Assembly: GCA_035290025.1 (NCBI GenBank)
Contig: DATDVL010000060.1
Location: forward strand, 1-24,000
Source: Candidatus Nanoarchaeia archaeon
Lineage (GTDB): Archaea; Nanobdellota; Nanobdellia; SCGC-AAA011-G17; DATDVL01
Direction of reading: 5' to 3'
Length of the DNA stretch: 24,000 bases
Position numbers and translations under genes: made by a program. A model generated the notes under the pieces. It was given only the letters and a program-made list of their open reading frames with translations, was not told where the DNA came from and ran no database searches. Of this stretch, positions 21,749-24,000 are shown one piece after another; the first letter of the stretch is position 1; each line of letters opens with the position of its first letter.

Positions 21749-22155
21749 GACTTCACCTTTTTTTGCCGAACAGTAATATGCCCTTGGTAGGCACCAATTT
21801 TTTTTGGTGGTATATGAAGATAAATAGTTATTTCTTTTGTGATATTAGGAACTAGAATAATATTATTTTCTTCAGGGTAAACATAGTCTTCATCGGTGAA
21901 TATACTAATATATGTTTCTTCTTGAGGTGTAATTTTTATGGCTCGTTCAAGTATAGTTCCAGGGAGTCCTGCTCCAAAGTGTAGTTGGTCATTATCTGCA
22001 TTAAATCCGATATAATCTGCAATGCGGTAATCGTAAGGAATAATTATCGTTTCGTAAGTACTATAATAGATGGTTGCAGTAATAACTATGGTTATCGCTG
22101 CTATGAGTGTGTAGGCGATAATAGTTTTTAGGATTTTCTTTTTCTGAGTAACCAT
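21745..22155 (-). CDS. Small N-terminally anchored envelope protein (136 aa)
   Basis: It has an N-terminal TM segment (IIAYTLIAAITIVITATIYY) and a beta-rich ectodomain. It overlaps both neighbours (28 nt and 4 nt), indicating an operon. Confidence 0.55.
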   Translation of the reverse strand: MVTQKKKILKTIIAYTLIAAITIVITATIYYSTYETIIIPYDYRIADYIGFNADNDQLHFGAGLPGTILERAIKITPQEETYISIFTDEDYVYPEENNIILVPNITKEITIYLHIPPKKIGAYQGHITVRQKKVKS

Positions 22156-23246
22156 AGGATATCGATGATAACAATAAGAGCGATGGCAACGATGAGGATA
22201 TAGGTAGTGTTAATGTGGATTTTTTTATAAATAAGTATTTGCCCTTTTTCTACCGTGCTTCCTCCTAGATAATGAAGGGTGATAACAATGTCATAATAGC
22301 CAGGTGTTAGTGTTGCAGTTTCAATATAAGTTCGTAGTATACTGCTTTCCCATGGTCCTAGGCTTATGCTGGGTGTTTTTAGTGTGGTAATGCCTCGTCC
22401 TTCTTGTGCGACATCAATAGTTGCATAAACGTCATCTATATTACCATTCCATCTGCCGGCAATGGCAATAATCATTTCTCCTATTTTTCCTTGTTCGAAG
22501 GTTTTGGTGTAATTAGTAACATTTACATAACGACTTCCAATCCGAAAGTCAGTGTTTGCTTCTCCATAGATCCCATCGTACGTAAGGCTTGCTTGTGCAT
22601 GGTAATCTCCAGGAAGGAGGTTTTCTGTTGTTAGTACTTGGTGATAGCTCTTTTCTTCTTCTGATTGTACTGAGTTAATGGTTACGGGGAGTATGGATTG
22701 TATTTTTTCATCATTACTAATAGTTATCGTTCCTTGAATAGTATTAATAGTTTCTTTTCCCAAGCTCTTTGTGGTGAGGGTGACAGGTAGTTTTTCTCCA
22801 GTGTTAATGTAGGGTATATCTAGTTGGAATCGTGCGTATTTTCCCGGGTAGGGTATATCAAATTTTATTTTCATTTCTATGCCGACACGTGGTGCTATGC
22901 CTTGTGTAACACGATTGGCAGGGTTTTCTACAGCTCCTATTTTTACATGATGAGGTCCGGGTTCAAGAAGGGTTGATGGAAAAGTTATGCTTGCAGCCAC
23001 TTCTTTGTTTTGCCATGGTGCTACGCGCACAACAGGTTCTTTGAAGGTGATGAAAGTGGCATATTCACCATCAGTGTAAAGACTAGCGTCCATGTCTACT
23101 CCTAGGTTATTAACAATAAAAAAATTGAATGTTTTCGTCACCCCAGGTTCATAATTAATGAATATGCTGGTGGGGCTGAGTCCAATAGCTGTTGTAGAAG
23201 GCAGAATCATTGCTAGTACAAGAAGAATCAAGTACCCCTTTTTCAT
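22128..23246 (-). CDS. Type I membrane surface protein with repeated PGxY beta-sandwich domains (372 aa)
   Basis: It has the signal peptide MKKGYLILLVLAMILPSTTAIG and the motifs EPGPHHV, LPGDYHA and TPGYYDI. The C-terminus is a TM segment plus basic anchor (LLRKRKS). Confidence 0.65.
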   Translation of the reverse strand: MKKGYLILLVLAMILPSTTAIGLSPTSIFINYEPGVTKTFNFFIVNNLGVDMDASLYTDGEYATFITFKEPVVRVAPWQNKEVAASITFPSTLLEPGPHHVKIGAVENPANRVTQGIAPRVGIEMKIKFDIPYPGKYARFQLDIPYINTGEKLPVTLTTKSLGKETINTIQGTITISNDEKIQSILPVTINSVQSEEEKSYHQVLTTENLLPGDYHAQASLTYDGIYGEANTDFRIGSRYVNVTNYTKTFEQGKIGEMIIAIAGRWNGNIDDVYATIDVAQEGRGITTLKTPSISLGPWESSILRTYIETATLTPGYYDIVITLHYLGGSTVEKGQILIYKKIHINTTYILIVAIALIVIIDILWLLRKRKS

Positions 23247-23285
23247 GGTTTTTAAATGGAAGAAGTTGGTATATAAGTTTTCTTC

Positions 23286-23942
23286 TTATCCAATGAAGTG
23301 TTCTCCACGCAGTTGTACAGCAGTATCGGTGTAAGTTCTTCCTGCAGGCGTGTCTGCGGAAAGGTTAAGGTATATTTCTATGATTATTTCATCAGTAGCA
23401 TCAGCAAACGTGAGGTTACTGCAGACGCGTGTGTGGGTATTACTCATGGCGGTAATGTTGCCAGTAATATTTTTTGTTGAGTAGTTAAGGCCGCTTGCTC
23501 CGCAGCTGTTGCTTTCGTTATCGCTTGCATTCCACATGTAGCTGGGTGTTGTTCCTCCAAGGAATTGTGCTGCAGTGCTGCCATTGATAGTAAGATTGAT
23601 ATCGACATTGCCGTCATTGCGTATGACTAAGCCGTAAGGTTCGTTGAACGTGCTGGGGTTGGTTCCTGCTGTGGTATTAATTGGGGTATAGGAGGGTGCT
23701 GCTGCTAATGATCCGTTCCCAAAGTCTACGAAACTTGTGTTCAAACTAATAGAAATCGTGTTAGATATCGTGACATTGACGGTTCCTGTTGCTGTTGATG
23801 ATGCTGCTAGTCCTGTAATAAGAGGGAGTTCTACTTTTCCTAGTTTTACAAAACTTACCGTTGCTCCAAATAAGGTGATGAATATAGCCAATATGGACAA
23901 GTAGAGTAATGTCCTATTGGTTATTTCTCCTTTATGGTTCAT
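23286..23942 (-). CDS. Secreted or anchored, densely sequon-decorated beta-rich protein (218 aa)
   Basis: It has an N-terminal hydrophobic segment (LLYLSILAIFITLFGATV) and at least a dozen N-x-S/T sequons. The SD-like AAGGAG lies 9 nt upstream of the ATG, which suggests the operon continues upstream beyond the window. Confidence 0.6.
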   Translation of the reverse strand: MNHKGEITNRTLLYLSILAIFITLFGATVSFVKLGKVELPLITGLAASSTATGTVNVTISNTISISLNTSFVDFGNGSLAAAPSYTPINTTAGTNPSTFNEPYGLVIRNDGNVDINLTINGSTAAQFLGGTTPSYMWNASDNESNSCGASGLNYSTKNITGNITAMSNTHTRVCSNLTFADATDEIIIEIYLNLSADTPAGRTYTDTAVQLRGEHFIG

Positions 23943-24000
23943 TTGTTTGTGCTCCTTCTGTTGTTTCTAAAGGTATAATACCTATGCTTACCTTCCCTGT

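Noticed and set aside
23286-23942. A type IV pilin or archaellin-like class III signal peptide in the 218-aa protein (MNHKG/EITNRTLLYL...).
   Set aside because: Charged residues (E, R) follow the putative KG cleavage site before the hydrophobic stretch. No prepilin peptidase or ATPase is in the window, so the evidence is insufficient.
1-24000. A window-wide G+T excess on the + strand regardless of gene orientation, as a replication-strand skew.
   Set aside because: Hand counts were inconsistent: smc, the TrmB-like gene and the yhhQ regions are A-rich on the + strand. Low GC is also not unique to the LAGLIDADG genes (yhhQ was about 30% in one sample), so composition alone is not used as evidence of foreign origin.
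1-24000. CRISPR arrays, rRNA genes, transposase or integrase genes, and long terminal inverted repeats.
   Set aside because: None were seen. There are no regularly spaced 25-40 nt repeats, no rRNA-like conserved blocks and no recombinase motifs in any ORF.

Overview
The window is a compact, nearly gap-free archaeal chromosome segment. Supporting evidence: A/T-rich TATA boxes sit 22-24 nt upstream of most start codons, both tRNA genes carry bulge-helix-bulge (BHB) introns, and the gene set includes diphthine synthase, RNase HII, SMC, a TrmB-type regulator and RtcA. Tiny spacers and overlapping genes suggest a small-genome, DPANN-like archaeon; that is inference only. I call 28 CDS (one partial at the left edge) and 2 tRNA genes. 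There is no rRNA and no CRISPR array.

Housekeeping genes: thrS, alaX, dph5, rtcA, a yhhQ-like transporter, thiI, rnhB and smc.

Most unusual region (8.8-12.7 kb): a tRNA-Ser(GCU) gene with two introns and an initiator tRNA-Met gene that appears split by four BHB introns into exons of 22/8/9/7/29 nt. The end of each tRNA gene directly abuts the 3' end of one of two paralogous free-standing LAGLIDADG endonuclease genes.

Other candidates: (1) a tandem pair of paralogous Hanks-type kinase-like proteins with differently degenerated catalytic loops, next to a degenerate receiver domain; (2) a four-gene operon of secreted or membrane-anchored beta-sandwich proteins, heavily sequon-decorated, one with a 16-Gly run; (3) an orphan PD-(D/E)xK nuclease.

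All folds, motif alignments and GC counts were done by hand and need computational confirmation.
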